DNA of 64,000 nucleotides from Bacteroidota bacterium (GTDB lineage: Bacteria; Bacteroidota; Bacteroidia; NS11-12g; UBA955): contig JAIYAW010000006.1 in assembly GCA_027488835.1 (NCBI GenBank), positions 556 through 64,555 on the forward strand, in the 5' to 3' direction. The notes under the pieces are model-generated. The model was not told the DNA's origin and ran no database searches. It was given only the letters and a program-made list of their open reading frames with translations. The position numbers and the translations under genes are program-made. Positions 10,113 through 20,216 of the stretch are shown piece after piece (position 1 is the first letter of the stretch; every line of letters starts with the position of its first letter).

Positions 10113-10802
10113 ATGAAGGAAATATATAATTCATTTATAGATGTAATTTTTCCGAAATATTGTTTGGTGTGCGACAATATTATTTACGGACATGAACAAT
10201 ATTTATGTTTAAAGTGTGAGGGAGGTATTCCATACGGATACTATAATTTGGGCACAGAAAATCCAGTTGAAAAGACTTTTTGGGGACGTTGTAAAATAGA
10301 TGTTGCTGGTGCATATATGAAATATAGAAGCGATTCTAAATATGCTTCTTTAATAAAAAATATTAAATATGACGGTGGGGTGATATTGGCAAACGATTTA
10401 GGCAATAAATATGGGAAATGGCTAAAGAGCAATCATGTGATAGATGATAGTTTTGATTGTTTGGTACCAATTCCAATGCATCCTAAAAAATTAAAGAAAA
10501 GGGGCTATAATCAATCCGAAGAGATAGCAAAAGGTTTATCGTATTCTTTAGGTATACCTATAGATATAAATGTTTTAAAAAGAGATATATATGCCGAAAG
10601 TCAAACAAAAAAGAATCGATTTTCGCGTTGGGAGAATACCAGGGATTTGTATGCATTGAATGAGCTTAATCACAATTATAGCCATATAGTACTCGTAGAC
10701 GATGTTATTACAACTGGTTCTACAATTGAATCTTGCGTTAGAGCAGTTCATCAGTTTACGGATGTTAAAGTTAGTGTTCTCGCATTGGGATTCACATTAT
10801 AG
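10113..10802 (+). CDS. ComF-family phosphoribosyltransferase-domain protein
   Basis: N-terminal CxxC...CxxC zinc-ribbon (CLVCDN...CLKCEG) and C-terminal PRTase motif VLVDDVITTGST. Confidence 0.8.
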   Translation: MKEIYNSFIDVIFPKYCLVCDNIIYGHEQYLCLKCEGGIPYGYYNLGTENPVEKTFWGRCKIDVAGAYMKYRSDSKYASLIKNIKYDGGVILANDLGNKYGKWLKSNHVIDDSFDCLVPIPMHPKKLKKRGYNQSEEIAKGLSYSLGIPIDINVLKRDIYAESQTKKNRFSRWENTRDLYALNELNHNYSHIVLVDDVITTGSTIESCVRAVHQFTDVKVSVLALGFTL

Positions 10803-10858
10803 GCTTTGTTTGATCTAATGAGTGACAACTAGATTGTTGCTAATGTCAAATAGTTGAT

Positions 10859-10866
10859 TAAATTTG
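10859..10866 (+). promoter_or_regulatory. -7 box TAAATTTG upstream of the Calx-beta gene (19 nt to ATG)
   Basis: Exact TAnnTTTG match in the intergenic region. Confidence 0.4.
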
Positions 10867-10885
10867 TAATATTCGAAAAATTATA

Positions 10886-13800
10886 ATGAAAAAGATATTA
10901 TTTATGTTATTGGTGTTACAAATTGGCTTTTCAAAAGCTCAATATACATCAATGAAAACAACTGGAATGCAAGTTCCTCAGTACATGGCATCAGGTTCTT
11001 CAACACGTTTACCAGTATTTGCAAAACTGAGAATGGATGGTTTTAATCCAAATTCAAAATATAAGTATATTGTTAAATTGATGAAATCTTCTGAACTTTA
11101 TCAATATAGCGATACAGCCGTAGGGGCAGGATGTGATTTATTCATTGATTCTCAAGGCAACTTTAGATATGCAACAACTACAAGTTTTAAAACTTCAGGC
11201 GGTTGTGATACATTAAGTAGCGATATGATGGGTACGGTTGAGGGGTGGTTTTCTGTGGTGAGTGATGGTGATTCTAGATTCAAGGCTGGTAATAAATTGT
11301 ATATGGCTATCACTATTTTGGGTATTAACAACCCAAATGATACAATGAGATATTTCTGTCAAGATTCAATTACTGTTTTGCAATGGGGTACAACGGCAAG
11401 CTCAAATTCTGGAACAGCGGTTTGGGGTAAAAGTATGGCTTCAGCAAAAAGTTTTGCTGGTTTGTTTGATAATGTAAGTGGATTAGGAAGGCCATTGTCA
11501 ATTGCAAATATTGAAAATAGTTCTTATTCAGGTGCTTCTTATTCGAGCATAGTTAAATTCTTATCAGATAGTGTTGTTGGAAAATCTGGACGTTGGGGTA
11601 CTATTATACCAAATGATTTGGCTTCAGGTGTTAAAAGAATTGATAATCTATCATTTGCTAATGGATTTTCTCTGTATGCCAATACAGATACAAATGCAAT
11701 TTGGGGTGTGAATAATAGAAATACAAAAAATCCTTTGGGAGGAGCTTCAAGTCCAATTGTATTTACCGTTGATGATGCTCCGATGGTTGCTCCCAAAATT
11801 GAATTTTGGACAAGAACTTCAACGGTGGGTGAAGGTGCGGGTAAATTCAATGTTTACGTAACAAGAAAATATAGCAATTCAGAAAACCAATCTGTAAGAT
11901 TGTATGTTGTTGGTGGTACAGCTTCTAAAGGGGCTAGCGCTGATTACGATTTAACTGAACCTAAAGTAATTCAATTTAAACCAGGTGTAGCCGTAAGCGA
12001 CACAACAGTGATTACTTTAAATGATGACAATATTGCAGAAGGTTCTGAAACAATAGTTTTACGATTAGATCAAGCAGCTAATTGCGTAATCGGGACAGAA
12101 GTTGCGCATACTGCAACGATTACTGATAATGACGTTGCAAATATTTCAATTTTGCCAGCCAAAATTAAAGTAAAAGAAAGCGCAGGTACTGTTGGTATTA
12201 AAATCAAAATTGACAAGGCGGTTAACACCGCTTGTAAATTGAGATTAATGTTGAAATACAGAGCGGATAGTACTTTTATTCCGGCAGAATTTTCATTGAG
12301 TAGTAACAATAATGATACGATTTTTAGTTTGGGTAAAACTACGGGTCCTGATTCTATCATAATCAAAGGAAAAGTATTTGATGATATCATGTCGGATAAA
12401 GATGATTCCTTAATTGTTGTTGTAAGGCAAATTACTGGTGGCGGATTAATTTCTAAAGATTCATTAGGTACCATTATCATTATGGATAATGATGGCCCAT
12501 CGACTGTTAAATTCATTGGATCTGGTATAACCGTAAATGAGAATGTGGGTTCTGTGAATATCAAAATGTTATTGATTAATAGAAAAGACGCTGGTGGTGA
12601 TTTTACTTTTAGACTATATACTGCATTAAGTACAGCTCAAAATCCTGGAGACTTTAAATTTAATCCGGCATCTAAAATTTTTAATGTCACTTCTTCTTCG
12701 TCTGATACACTAAGTATTAATATACCAATAGTTGATGATAATATATTTGAGGTTAGTGAAAATATGAAATTTGGGTTAGCTAATTTATCTAATTTCAAAA
12801 TTGCTAAATCTGATACATTTAACGTAATAATAAAAGACGATGATTATCCGATCTATCCTATTGGAAAAATTAATAAGCAAACAAATTTGAATAAAACTGC
12901 TGATTCATTGAATGTAAAATGTAGAATTTATGGTACAGTTTATGGTGTCAATTTGAAATCTTCTGGTTTAGAATTTACTGTGATGGATAATACAGGTGGA
13001 ATTGGAGTTTTGTCAGCAACGAATAATTTTGGTTACACTGTAAAAGAAGGCGATTCTATTATGGTTCAAGGTTCTGTAAATCAGAATCAGGGTTATGCTC
13101 AAATGGATAAACTAGATACCATTATTAAAATTTCAAATAACAATAAAATGGTTTCGCCAGTTTTAGTTTCTAAAATCAATGAAACTACAGAATCTAAATT
13201 GGTTCAATTAAACAGAGTTAAATTGGTTGACATTACAGAATGGCCAACAACTGCTTTGAGTGCAAATACAAATAAATTTGTAAGGGTAATTAGTACTTCT
13301 GGAAATGTTGATACGTTGAATATTGATGCTGAAACCAATATTTCTGGAATGGCAACTCCAACCGGATACATCAACGTAACGGGTATTGGAACGCAATTGG
13401 ATGCAACAACTCCATTCACAACCAAATACTATTTAACGCCTCGTAAAATTTCAGACATTACCGTCTCTAGTTTACCAACTGTGAACTTTATGAATGGTAA
13501 AGATTCTGTTTTTGAATTGGCTGACTCATTTAAAATGAATATTTCAGTTTTTCCTTCTGATGAGAATTTTACATTTGATGTTGTTTGTCTTGGTGGTACC
13601 GCTGCTAGTCCTGCAGATTATGATTTTGCTAATAGAACAATAATTGTAACAAAAAATAACAACTACTTCAGCGTTAAAACCAATATTACTGATGATTTGA
13701 TTTATCAAGGAGATTTGTTAGTAACATTTGCTATCCGAAATATTAAAGGTCCCGGTAATTATGGAAAAGATTCATTGATGATTTTAACTATTAAAGACAA

Positions 13801-14068
13801 CGAAGCGAGTGCCGTTATGAATTTTTCACAAGGAAATTTCAAAATGTATCCTAATCCTGCTGTTGAAACCTTAAACTTTAGCAATGCACAAAATATTGCC
13901 AAAGTTGAATTCATTGATTTGTCAGGAAGAATTTTAAAAAGTGTAAAAAATACAGATTTATCTAATTCAGAATTGAATGTTCAATTGAATAATTTGAAAG
14001 GAATGTTATTTGTTAGAATTACGAATTTAACTGGTCAATCGTTTGTAGATAGATTATTTGTTAAATAA
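10886..14068 (+). CDS. Large secreted Calx-beta repeat protein with T9SS C-terminal sorting domain
   Basis: Signal peptide, four Calx-beta-like modules (GTASxGxDY..., ..DDNIxEGSE.., ..TITDND), an OB-fold-like segment, and a C-terminal about 75 aa starting KMYPNPA typical of T9SS CTDs (about 13838-14065). Confidence 0.8.
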   Translation: MKKILFMLLVLQIGFSKAQYTSMKTTGMQVPQYMASGSSTRLPVFAKLRMDGFNPNSKYKYIVKLMKSSELYQYSDTAVGAGCDLFIDSQGNFRYATTTSFKTSGGCDTLSSDMMGTVEGWFSVVSDGDSRFKAGNKLYMAITILGINNPNDTMRYFCQDSITVLQWGTTASSNSGTAVWGKSMASAKSFAGLFDNVSGLGRPLSIANIENSSYSGASYSSIVKFLSDSVVGKSGRWGTIIPNDLASGVKRIDNLSFANGFSLYANTDTNAIWGVNNRNTKNPLGGASSPIVFTVDDAPMVAPKIEFWTRTSTVGEGAGKFNVYVTRKYSNSENQSVRLYVVGGTASKGASADYDLTEPKVIQFKPGVAVSDTTVITLNDDNIAEGSETIVLRLDQAANCVIGTEVAHTATITDNDVANISILPAKIKVKESAGTVGIKIKIDKAVNTACKLRLMLKYRADSTFIPAEFSLSSNNNDTIFSLGKTTGPDSIIIKGKVFDDIMSDKDDSLIVVVRQITGGGLISKDSLGTIIIMDNDGPSTVKFIGSGITVNENVGSVNIKMLLINRKDAGGDFTFRLYTALSTAQNPGDFKFNPASKIFNVTSSSSDTLSINIPIVDDNIFEVSENMKFGLANLSNFKIAKSDTFNVIIKDDDYPIYPIGKINKQTNLNKTADSLNVKCRIYGTVYGVNLKSSGLEFTVMDNTGGIGVLSATNNFGYTVKEGDSIMVQGSVNQNQGYAQMDKLDTIIKISNNNKMVSPVLVSKINETTESKLVQLNRVKLVDITEWPTTALSANTNKFVRVISTSGNVDTLNIDAETNISGMATPTGYINVTGIGTQLDATTPFTTKYYLTPRKISDITVSSLPTVNFMNGKDSVFELADSFKMNISVFPSDENFTFDVVCLGGTAASPADYDFANRTIIVTKNNNYFSVKTNITDDLIYQGDLLVTFAIRNIKGPGNYGKDSLMILTIKDNEASAVMNFSQGNFKMYPNPAVETLNFSNAQNIAKVEFIDLSGRILKSVKNTDLSNSELNVQLNNLKGMLFVRITNLTGQSFVDRLFVK

Positions 14069-14100
14069 TGAATTTTCAATTGCCAAATAGTTGGCAAAGT

Positions 14101-14132
14101 AAAAGGCCCAAGTTTTTATTTGGGCCTTTTTT
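14101..14132 (+). terminator. Rho-independent terminator after the Calx-beta gene
   Basis: 7-bp stem GGCCCAA/TTGGGCC, 8-nt loop, then T6. Confidence 0.8.
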
Positions 14133-14182
14133 GTGCAATTTTGACGTATAAATGAAGTGCTTAAAACAATCAGAATATTCCG

Positions 14183-14190
14183 TAATTTTG
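14183..14190 (+). promoter_or_regulatory. -7 box TAATTTTG upstream of ABC exporter (7 nt to TTG 14198)
   Basis: Exact TAnnTTTG match downstream of the 14101-14132 terminator. Confidence 0.4.
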
Positions 14191-14197
14191 TAACAAT

Positions 14198-16021
14198 TTG
14201 AAAGCTGTATTAAAATTTCTTAAGTATGCTGCGGATTATAAGGGTTTAATTTTTTTGAATTTCTTATTTAATCTGTTTTATATATTATTCAACTTAATTA
14301 CATTGTTGTTGATCATGCCCGTTCTGAAATTTTTGTTCAGTAAAGATCAACAAATATCTGATTTGCATGTAAATCAAAAGGATGTTGGTAAATGGTTTGC
14401 TGGAATTTATCAATCATTTATTGATTGGTTTGGTGCTTTGGCAAAAGGTGATCCTTACACTGCTTTGGCTTATTTGAGTATCGGTTTGGTCATTGTCACT
14501 TTATTTAAAAATGCAGCTCGTTTTACCGCTATGAATTACATGGTGCTCATTAGAAACAAGAGCATCAGACAAATGAGATTGGATATATATGAGAAATGTT
14601 TGAATCTGCCCATTGCTTATTTTAATAATGAAAGAAAAGGAGATTTAATATCAAAAATGAGCAATGACATTAAAGAAATTGAATTTGCTTTGATGGTTTC
14701 ATTGGAGGCACTTTATTTCCAGCCATTGAACATTGTTATTTTTATGTTGGCGCTAGTTGTGCTTTCTGCTAAGTTAACTTTATACATACTTTTGTTTTTG
14801 CCAATTACAGCTGTTATTATTGCTTTGATTGGAAGATCATTGCGCAGAAAATCAGGCAAAAATCAACAATTGCTAGGAAGGGTAATGAGTTCTTTTGAAG
14901 AAACTCTTGGGGGTATTCGGGTTATTAAGGCGTTTAATGCTTCAAAGTTTTTTTACAATCGATACAGTGATCAGGATTTGGATTATACCAAAAATAATAT
15001 TTCGGTTCAACGTAGATATGATTTGTCATCTCCTGTGAGTGAAACTATCGGTATTACAGTTTCTGCACTGCTTTTGTGGTTAGGTGGAAAAATGGTTTTT
15101 AGTGGAGAATTGGATCCTGAATTCTTTTTGGGTTACTTTACGATTTTTAGCCAATTAATTCCGCCTTTTAAAGGATTTTCAAATGCATTATATGCAGCAC
15201 AAAAAGGGATGGCTAGCTTGGAGAGAATTCAAGAATTGGTAACAGCCCCTGTGGTGGTTGAAGATCCACAAGATCCCAAAACTCCTAAATTTGAAAGTAC
15301 CTTGGAATTGGCAAATGTTGGTTTTTCTTATATTGAGGGAAGTGAAGTACTTTGTAATGTGTCTCTTAAAATAAATAAAGGTGAAACCATTGCTTTTGTT
15401 GGTCCTTCTGGTGCTGGTAAAACAACGATTACGGATTTGATAGCGAGATTTTACGATGTTTCTTCAGGGGCAATTTTACTAGATGGAATAGATATTCGCG
15501 AGTTTAATCAAGAAGATCTAAGGCAATTGGTAGGAATCGTAAATCAAGAGAGTATTTTATTTAATGATACTATTCGCAACAATGTTGCTTTAGGTAGGCC
15601 TGAGCTTACTATAGAACAAGTTGAATCTGCGGCAAAAGCTGCGTATGCACATGATTTCATTATGGAAATGGAAAAGGGATATGAGTCTGAAATTGGTGAG
15701 CGTGGCGGAAAGTTAAGTGGTGGACAAAAGCAAAGGATATCTATTGCGCGTGCATTGTTAAAAGACCCGGAAATTTTGATTTTAGATGAAGCAACATCAG
15801 CTTTGGATTCTCAGAGCGAAAAGGCAGTTCAAATGGCCTTAGAGAGCCTTATGCGTAATCGTACGAGCTTGGTGGTTGCTCATAGGTTGAGCACAGTGAT
15901 GCATGCAGATAAAATAGTTGTATTGGAAAAGGGTAAAATTGTTGAAATTGGAAAGCACCAAGAATTGATATCAAAAGGTGGATTATATGCTAAACTAATA
16001 CAATTGCAAGAGTTGGGTTAA
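14198..16021 (+). CDS. ABC exporter, fused permease/ATPase (MsbA-like)
   Basis: Six-TM domain, Walker A GPSGAGKTT, signature LSGGQKQR and Walker B ILILDEATSALD. Apparent TTG start, with no in-frame ATG before the first TM. Confidence 0.9.
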   Translation: MKAVLKFLKYAADYKGLIFLNFLFNLFYILFNLITLLLIMPVLKFLFSKDQQISDLHVNQKDVGKWFAGIYQSFIDWFGALAKGDPYTALAYLSIGLVIVTLFKNAARFTAMNYMVLIRNKSIRQMRLDIYEKCLNLPIAYFNNERKGDLISKMSNDIKEIEFALMVSLEALYFQPLNIVIFMLALVVLSAKLTLYILLFLPITAVIIALIGRSLRRKSGKNQQLLGRVMSSFEETLGGIRVIKAFNASKFFYNRYSDQDLDYTKNNISVQRRYDLSSPVSETIGITVSALLLWLGGKMVFSGELDPEFFLGYFTIFSQLIPPFKGFSNALYAAQKGMASLERIQELVTAPVVVEDPQDPKTPKFESTLELANVGFSYIEGSEVLCNVSLKINKGETIAFVGPSGAGKTTITDLIARFYDVSSGAILLDGIDIREFNQEDLRQLVGIVNQESILFNDTIRNNVALGRPELTIEQVESAAKAAYAHDFIMEMEKGYESEIGERGGKLSGGQKQRISIARALLKDPEILILDEATSALDSQSEKAVQMALESLMRNRTSLVVAHRLSTVMHADKIVVLEKGKIVEIGKHQELISKGGLYAKLIQLQELG

Positions 16022-16067
16022 TAACTAAGGTAATCCCTATAGCAATTGAGAGGATTAGACAAATAAT

Positions 16068-16103
16068 AAAAGAGGTGCAATTGATTAATTGCACCTCTTT
16101 TAT
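16068..16103. terminator. Bidirectional terminator between the ABC exporter and ftsH
   Basis: 12-bp stem AGAGGTGCAATT/AATTGCACCTCT, 4-nt loop, A-run upstream and T-run downstream. Confidence 0.85.
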
Positions 16104-16123
16104 TTTGAATTAAATGTTTATTA

Positions 16124-18244
16124 TTATTCGGGTTTATTCGATTCCTCTGAAGTACTACTAGATTCTTCAGATTTGCTTGCATTGGTTTCAGTGATTTCAG
16201 ATTGATTAATTGGTTCAATAGCTAAAGGTGTTTCAGAAACTGTAGTTTCAGCTGCTGGTAACTTTGGTTCGTTTTTTTCGCTATCTGTCAAATTCGCAGC
16301 TGCAATTGTAGCTGTAATATCTTCATCTTCAGCAAAAGGACGTTTACCAATAATTCTATCTAAATCTGATTTGAAAATAATTTCCTTATCTAGTAGTTCC
16401 AATGCAACTGCTTCAACTTCAGATTTTTTCTCACTTAACAATTCAATGGTTCGTTTGTAAGCACTATCTATCAATTCTCGTACTTCTTGATCAATAATTT
16501 GAGCTGTTTGCTCAGAGTACGGTCGTTGATAACCATACTCACCAGTTGGATCGTTAAAACTCACGTTTCCAACTTTGGTACTCATACCGTAAATCGTAAT
16601 CATGCTGTACGCTAATTTGGTAATTCTTTCCAAATCGTTTTGCGCTCCGGTTGAAATTTTCCCAAAGAAAATTTGCTCAGCCACACGACCTCCAAGTGTC
16701 ATACACATGCTATCGATCAATTGTTCTGTGCGATATAAATATTGTTCTTTAGGAAGATATTGGGCATAACCCAAAGCGGCTACGCCTCGAGGAACAATAG
16801 AAACTTTCAATAAAGGATCTGCAAATTCTAGGAACCAACCTGCAACGGCATGTCCCGCTTCATGATAGGCAACAATTTTCTTTTCTTCAGGCGAAATGAT
16901 TTTATTTTTCTTTTCCAATCCACCAATAACCCTATCAATTGCGTCCTGAAAATCTTTCATTGAAACTTGATCTTTTCCGTAGCGGGCTGCAATTAATGCG
17001 GCTTCATTACAAACATTTGCAATTTCGGCGCCTGCAAAACCAGGAGTTTGTGCAGCCAATCTATGTACATCAACATCTGCATTTAATTTGGTTAGTGGTT
17101 TAAGATGTACCTTGAAAATTTGCTCTCTACCAACTATATCCGGTCTATCAACACTGATTTGTCTATCGAAACGACCGGGACGCATTAAAGCACTATCTAG
17201 AATATCGGCACGGTTAGTTGCAGCCAAGATAATAACGCCAGAGTCTGTTCCAAAACCATCCATTTCGGCAAGAAGTTGATTTAAAGTATTTTCACGTTCA
17301 TCGTTAGAGTTTTGGATTAAATTTTTTCCTCTTGCTCTACCTATGGCGTCAATCTCATCAATAAATATAATGGCAGGGGCTTTTTCTTTTGCTTGTTTGA
17401 AAAGATCACGTACACGACTTGCTCCAACACCTACAAACATTTCTACGAAATCAGAACCTGACAAAGAGAAAAAAGGCACGCCAGCTTCGCCGGCAACAGC
17501 TTTGGCTAACAAAGTTTTACCTGTACCTGGAGGGCCAACAAGCAGGGCTCCTTTTGGAATTTTACCACCTAAATCAGTATATTTTTTTGGATTTTTGAGA
17601 AAATCGACGATTTCCATCACTTCTTCTTTGGCTTCTTCTAGGCCAGCAACATCTTTAAATGATATATTTACTTTGGTGTCTTTGTCATATAATTGAGCTT
17701 TTGATCGTCCAATACTAAATATATTTGGACCACCTCCACCTCCGCCTCCCATTTTCTTGAACATTAGGTTCCAGAAAACCAAGAAAATAGCGATAAAGAA
17801 AACCCATTGAAAAAGTTGACCAAAAATATCACTTTGGCTAACAAATTGAACGGTTAAATCATTTGGATTTTTGCCCGCCTTGATGATATCACTTTTAAGT
17901 TCTTTAAATTCATTGTTAAAAAAACCTTTTTCAATTTCGAAACTAAAATTTGGTTCTGCTTGGCCAAAAAGGTCATCTTTTTTCTGTGCGTTTGAATAGC
18001 TTTTTTGTTGTGAAGCTTCTTGGGTTAAAAATACTTCAACCAGACGGTCATTTACTAGAACTAATTTTTTAACATCACCTTTTATAGCCATGTCTCTAAC
18101 TTCGTTCCAACTTGTAACTTGTCCAGATCCTTTAGGTAGGAAACTCAAGGCTAGAAAAACAATAAATAAAATACCGTATATCCAATAATAATTAAATTTT
18201 CGGCCACTTGGCTTATTTTCTGGGGTTTTGCGTTCTTCGGTCAT
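16124..18244 (-). CDS. ftsH: ATP-dependent zinc metalloprotease FtsH
   Basis: Two N-terminal TMs, AAA+ Walker [12 protein letters not shown], Walker [13 protein letters not shown], and the zinc site HEAGHAV. Acidic/Ser-rich C-terminal tail. Confidence 0.97.
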   Translation of the reverse strand: MTEERKTPENKPSGRKFNYYWIYGILFIVFLALSFLPKGSGQVTSWNEVRDMAIKGDVKKLVLVNDRLVEVFLTQEASQQKSYSNAQKKDDLFGQAEPNFSFEIEKGFFNNEFKELKSDIIKAGKNPNDLTVQFVSQSDIFGQLFQWVFFIAIFLVFWNLMFKKMGGGGGGGPNIFSIGRSKAQLYDKDTKVNISFKDVAGLEEAKEEVMEIVDFLKNPKKYTDLGGKIPKGALLVGPPGTGKTLLAKAVAGEAGVPFFSLSGSDFVEMFVGVGASRVRDLFKQAKEKAPAIIFIDEIDAIGRARGKNLIQNSNDERENTLNQLLAEMDGFGTDSGVIILAATNRADILDSALMRPGRFDRQISVDRPDIVGREQIFKVHLKPLTKLNADVDVHRLAAQTPGFAGAEIANVCNEAALIAARYGKDQVSMKDFQDAIDRVIGGLEKKNKIISPEEKKIVAYHEAGHAVAGWFLEFADPLLKVSIVPRGVAALGYAQYLPKEQYLYRTEQLIDSMCMTLGGRVAEQIFFGKISTGAQNDLERITKLAYSMITIYGMSTKVGNVSFNDPTGEYGYQRPYSEQTAQIIDQEVRELIDSAYKRTIELLSEKKSEVEAVALELLDKEIIFKSDLDRIIGKRPFAEDEDITATIAAANLTDSEKNEPKLPAAETTVSETPLAIEPINQSEITETNASKSEESSSTSEESNKPE

Positions 18245-18409
18245 TTCAAAATATAATTTGTTGTTTCAATAATCGCACCAAAATGCGAATTGGCTACAAA
18301 ACTACAATTTTATAAACAATTGAAATAAAAAAGGCGACAGGAAATAGAAAAAAATTGATAGAACTGAAAAAATGGCAGATTGGCTGGATTTTTTTTCTTA
18401 AAATTGTGT

Positions 18410-19690
18410 TTACCGGTTTGAGAAAGAAATCATAGCTTTTCCTAATTCAAAAACATCTAAAAATGAGTTATACATTGGAGTTGGTGCAATTCTTATTACA
18501 TTTGGTTCTCTCCAATCTGCAATGATATTGTGATGAATTAGATGGTCAAATAGGGCTTTTCCAGTTGCATCTGTTAACAACGAAAGTTGCGCACCACGTT
18601 CACTCTTTGGAGTTATTATTTCAAATGACAGATTGGCATTCTGCCTTTTTGCATCTTCAAGAATAAATTCTAAATAGTTTGTTAAAACAATGCTTTTATT
18701 TCTTAGGTTTTCAATTCCTGCTTGATGAAATAATTCTAGTGAAGCCAAATGAACAGCCATTCCAAAAACGGGTGCATTTGACAATTGCCAACCTGCCGCT
18801 CCATTTTCAGGAACATATCCTTTTTCCATCAAAAATCTTTTGTTTTCTTGATATCCCCACCATCCTGCAAATCTTGGAGTTTCTGGATTTGTACAATGTT
18901 TTTCGTGAATATAAATGCCTGAAACATTTCCAGGGCCGCTATTTAAATATTTATAAGAACACCATGCTGCGAAGTCTACATCCCAATCATGAAGTTTTAA
19001 ATTCAAGTTCCCAGCGGCATGGGCCAAATCAAATCCTGCTAAGGCACCAACTTCATGGGCTTTTTTGGTAATTTCGGGAATATTGAAATATTGACCGGTA
19101 TAATATTGTACACCGCTAAAGAAAACCAGCGCCAATTCAGATGCATTGTCTTCAATTGCTTTTAAAATATCCTCTGTTCTAAGGGTATGTTCTCCCTCCC
19201 TGGGAACTAATTCAATTACTGCGTCATTATAATTGAAACCATGATGTTTTACTTGGCTTTCAATGGCGTACATGTCAGAAGGGAAGGCGCCTGCCTCCAT
19301 GATTATTTTATATTTTTCTTTTGAGGGACGGTAAAAACTTACCATCAATAAATGCAAATTGACGGTTAACTGATTCATAACTACTACCTCAATCGGTTTA
19401 GCTCCAACCACTTCTGCAGCATGTTCAGTTAGGAATTTGTGATAGTGAAACCAAGGTTTTCTGCCGTGAAAATGTCCCTCAACACCCCATTTACCCCAAT
19501 CTTCTAATTCAATATTTAAGGCTTCTTTTGCCGTTTTTGGTTGCAACCCAAGTGAATTACCACAAAAATAAATTTGGGTTTCGTTTTTTTCATTCACAGG
19601 AAAGATGTACTGTTCTCTATACTTTGCCAGTGAATCGTTTTTGTCGCAATCATTCGCGTATTCGATGCTATTTTGAAAAGAAATATTCAC
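18410..19690 (-). CDS. kynU: Kynureninase
   Basis: 426 aa PLP enzyme. Motifs FCGNSLGLQPK and WCSYKYLNSGPG (PLP-lysine region) are characteristic of kynureninase. GTG start. Confidence 0.9.
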   Translation of the reverse strand: MNISFQNSIEYANDCDKNDSLAKYREQYIFPVNEKNETQIYFCGNSLGLQPKTAKEALNIELEDWGKWGVEGHFHGRKPWFHYHKFLTEHAAEVVGAKPIEVVVMNQLTVNLHLLMVSFYRPSKEKYKIIMEAGAFPSDMYAIESQVKHHGFNYNDAVIELVPREGEHTLRTEDILKAIEDNASELALVFFSGVQYYTGQYFNIPEITKKAHEVGALAGFDLAHAAGNLNLKLHDWDVDFAAWCSYKYLNSGPGNVSGIYIHEKHCTNPETPRFAGWWGYQENKRFLMEKGYVPENGAAGWQLSNAPVFGMAVHLASLELFHQAGIENLRNKSIVLTNYLEFILEDAKRQNANLSFEIITPKSERGAQLSLLTDATGKALFDHLIHHNIIADWREPNVIRIAPTPMYNSFLDVFELGKAMISFSNR

Positions 19691-19694
19691 GATG

Positions 19695-19702
19695 CAAAGG
19701 TA
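19695..19702 (-). promoter_or_regulatory. -7 box TACCTTTG for kynU, 4 nt before GTG 19690
   Basis: Exact TAnnTTTG on the minus strand with N4 spacing to the start codon. Confidence 0.5.
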
Positions 19703-19704
19703 AT

Positions 19705-19718
19705 AATCATTAATGATT
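19705..19718. promoter_or_regulatory. Perfect 14-bp palindrome AATCATTAATGATT, candidate MarR operator
   Basis: Self-complementary. Sits 2 bp from the kynU -7 box and about 50 bp upstream of the divergent marR-family start. Confidence 0.45.
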
Positions 19719-19766
19719 GAATGAGATACTATATTTATAATTATTTAGTATTTAATTTGTATCGTA

Positions 19767-20216
19767 GTGAAAATCGAAGAAGAGTTAAAACAAGATAAAT
19801 TTACTTCGGCAGTTCATAAAGCCATTGTAAATATAATGTTCACCGATGGGTGGCTAAGTTGTCAGCTTCGTGATGTTTTCAAAGACCACAATATTACCCC
19901 TCAGCAATATAATGTACTGCGTATTCTCAGAGGGAAATTTCCTCACTCATTAAATCCGTCGGATATTAAATCGGTGATGCTAGATAAAAATCCCGATTTA
20001 ACAAGGTTGTGTGATAGGCTATTGACACGCAAGCTTATTGACAGATGCATTGATGATGGAAATAGGCGGAAAATGAATATAAGAATTACCGAGGAAGGTC
20101 TAAAGATGTTAAATTTAATAGACCCAATAATGATTGAATTTAATGAAAAAATTGCTACTTTATCGGAAGAAGAAGCTTCAATTTTGAGCAATTTACTTGA
20201 TAAGATGCGCGGTTAA
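19767..20216 (+). CDS. MarR-family transcriptional regulator
   Basis: 149 aa winged-helix (QQYNVLRILRG..., DRCIDDGNRRKMNIRITEEG). GTG start. Divergent from kynU. Confidence 0.8.
   Translation: MKIEEELKQDKFTSAVHKAIVNIMFTDGWLSCQLRDVFKDHNITPQQYNVLRILRGKFPHSLNPSDIKSVMLDKNPDLTRLCDRLLTRKLIDRCIDDGNRRKMNIRITEEGLKMLNLIDPIMIEFNEKIATLSEEEASILSNLLDKMRG

Noticed and set aside
8192-16021. Two MsbA-like ABC exporters bracketing comF and the Calx-beta gene, as a bacteriocin/T1SS or competence locus.
   Set aside because: There is no C39 peptidase domain, HlyD/MFP, TolC, precursor peptide or other competence genes. The Calx-beta protein carries a Sec signal and a T9SS CTD, so it does not need an ABC exporter. 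The ComF-family PRTase is widespread outside competence.
18245-18409. 165-bp gap between ftsH and kynU, and the 150-bp AT-rich stretch 54321-54470, as possible ncRNA, riboswitch or tRNA sites.
   Set aside because: I could find no tRNA-like T-arm (GGTTCGAATCC-type) and no conserved riboswitch core. I also found no stable hairpins beyond terminators and no promoter box. They are most simply promoter or 3' UTR spacer DNA.
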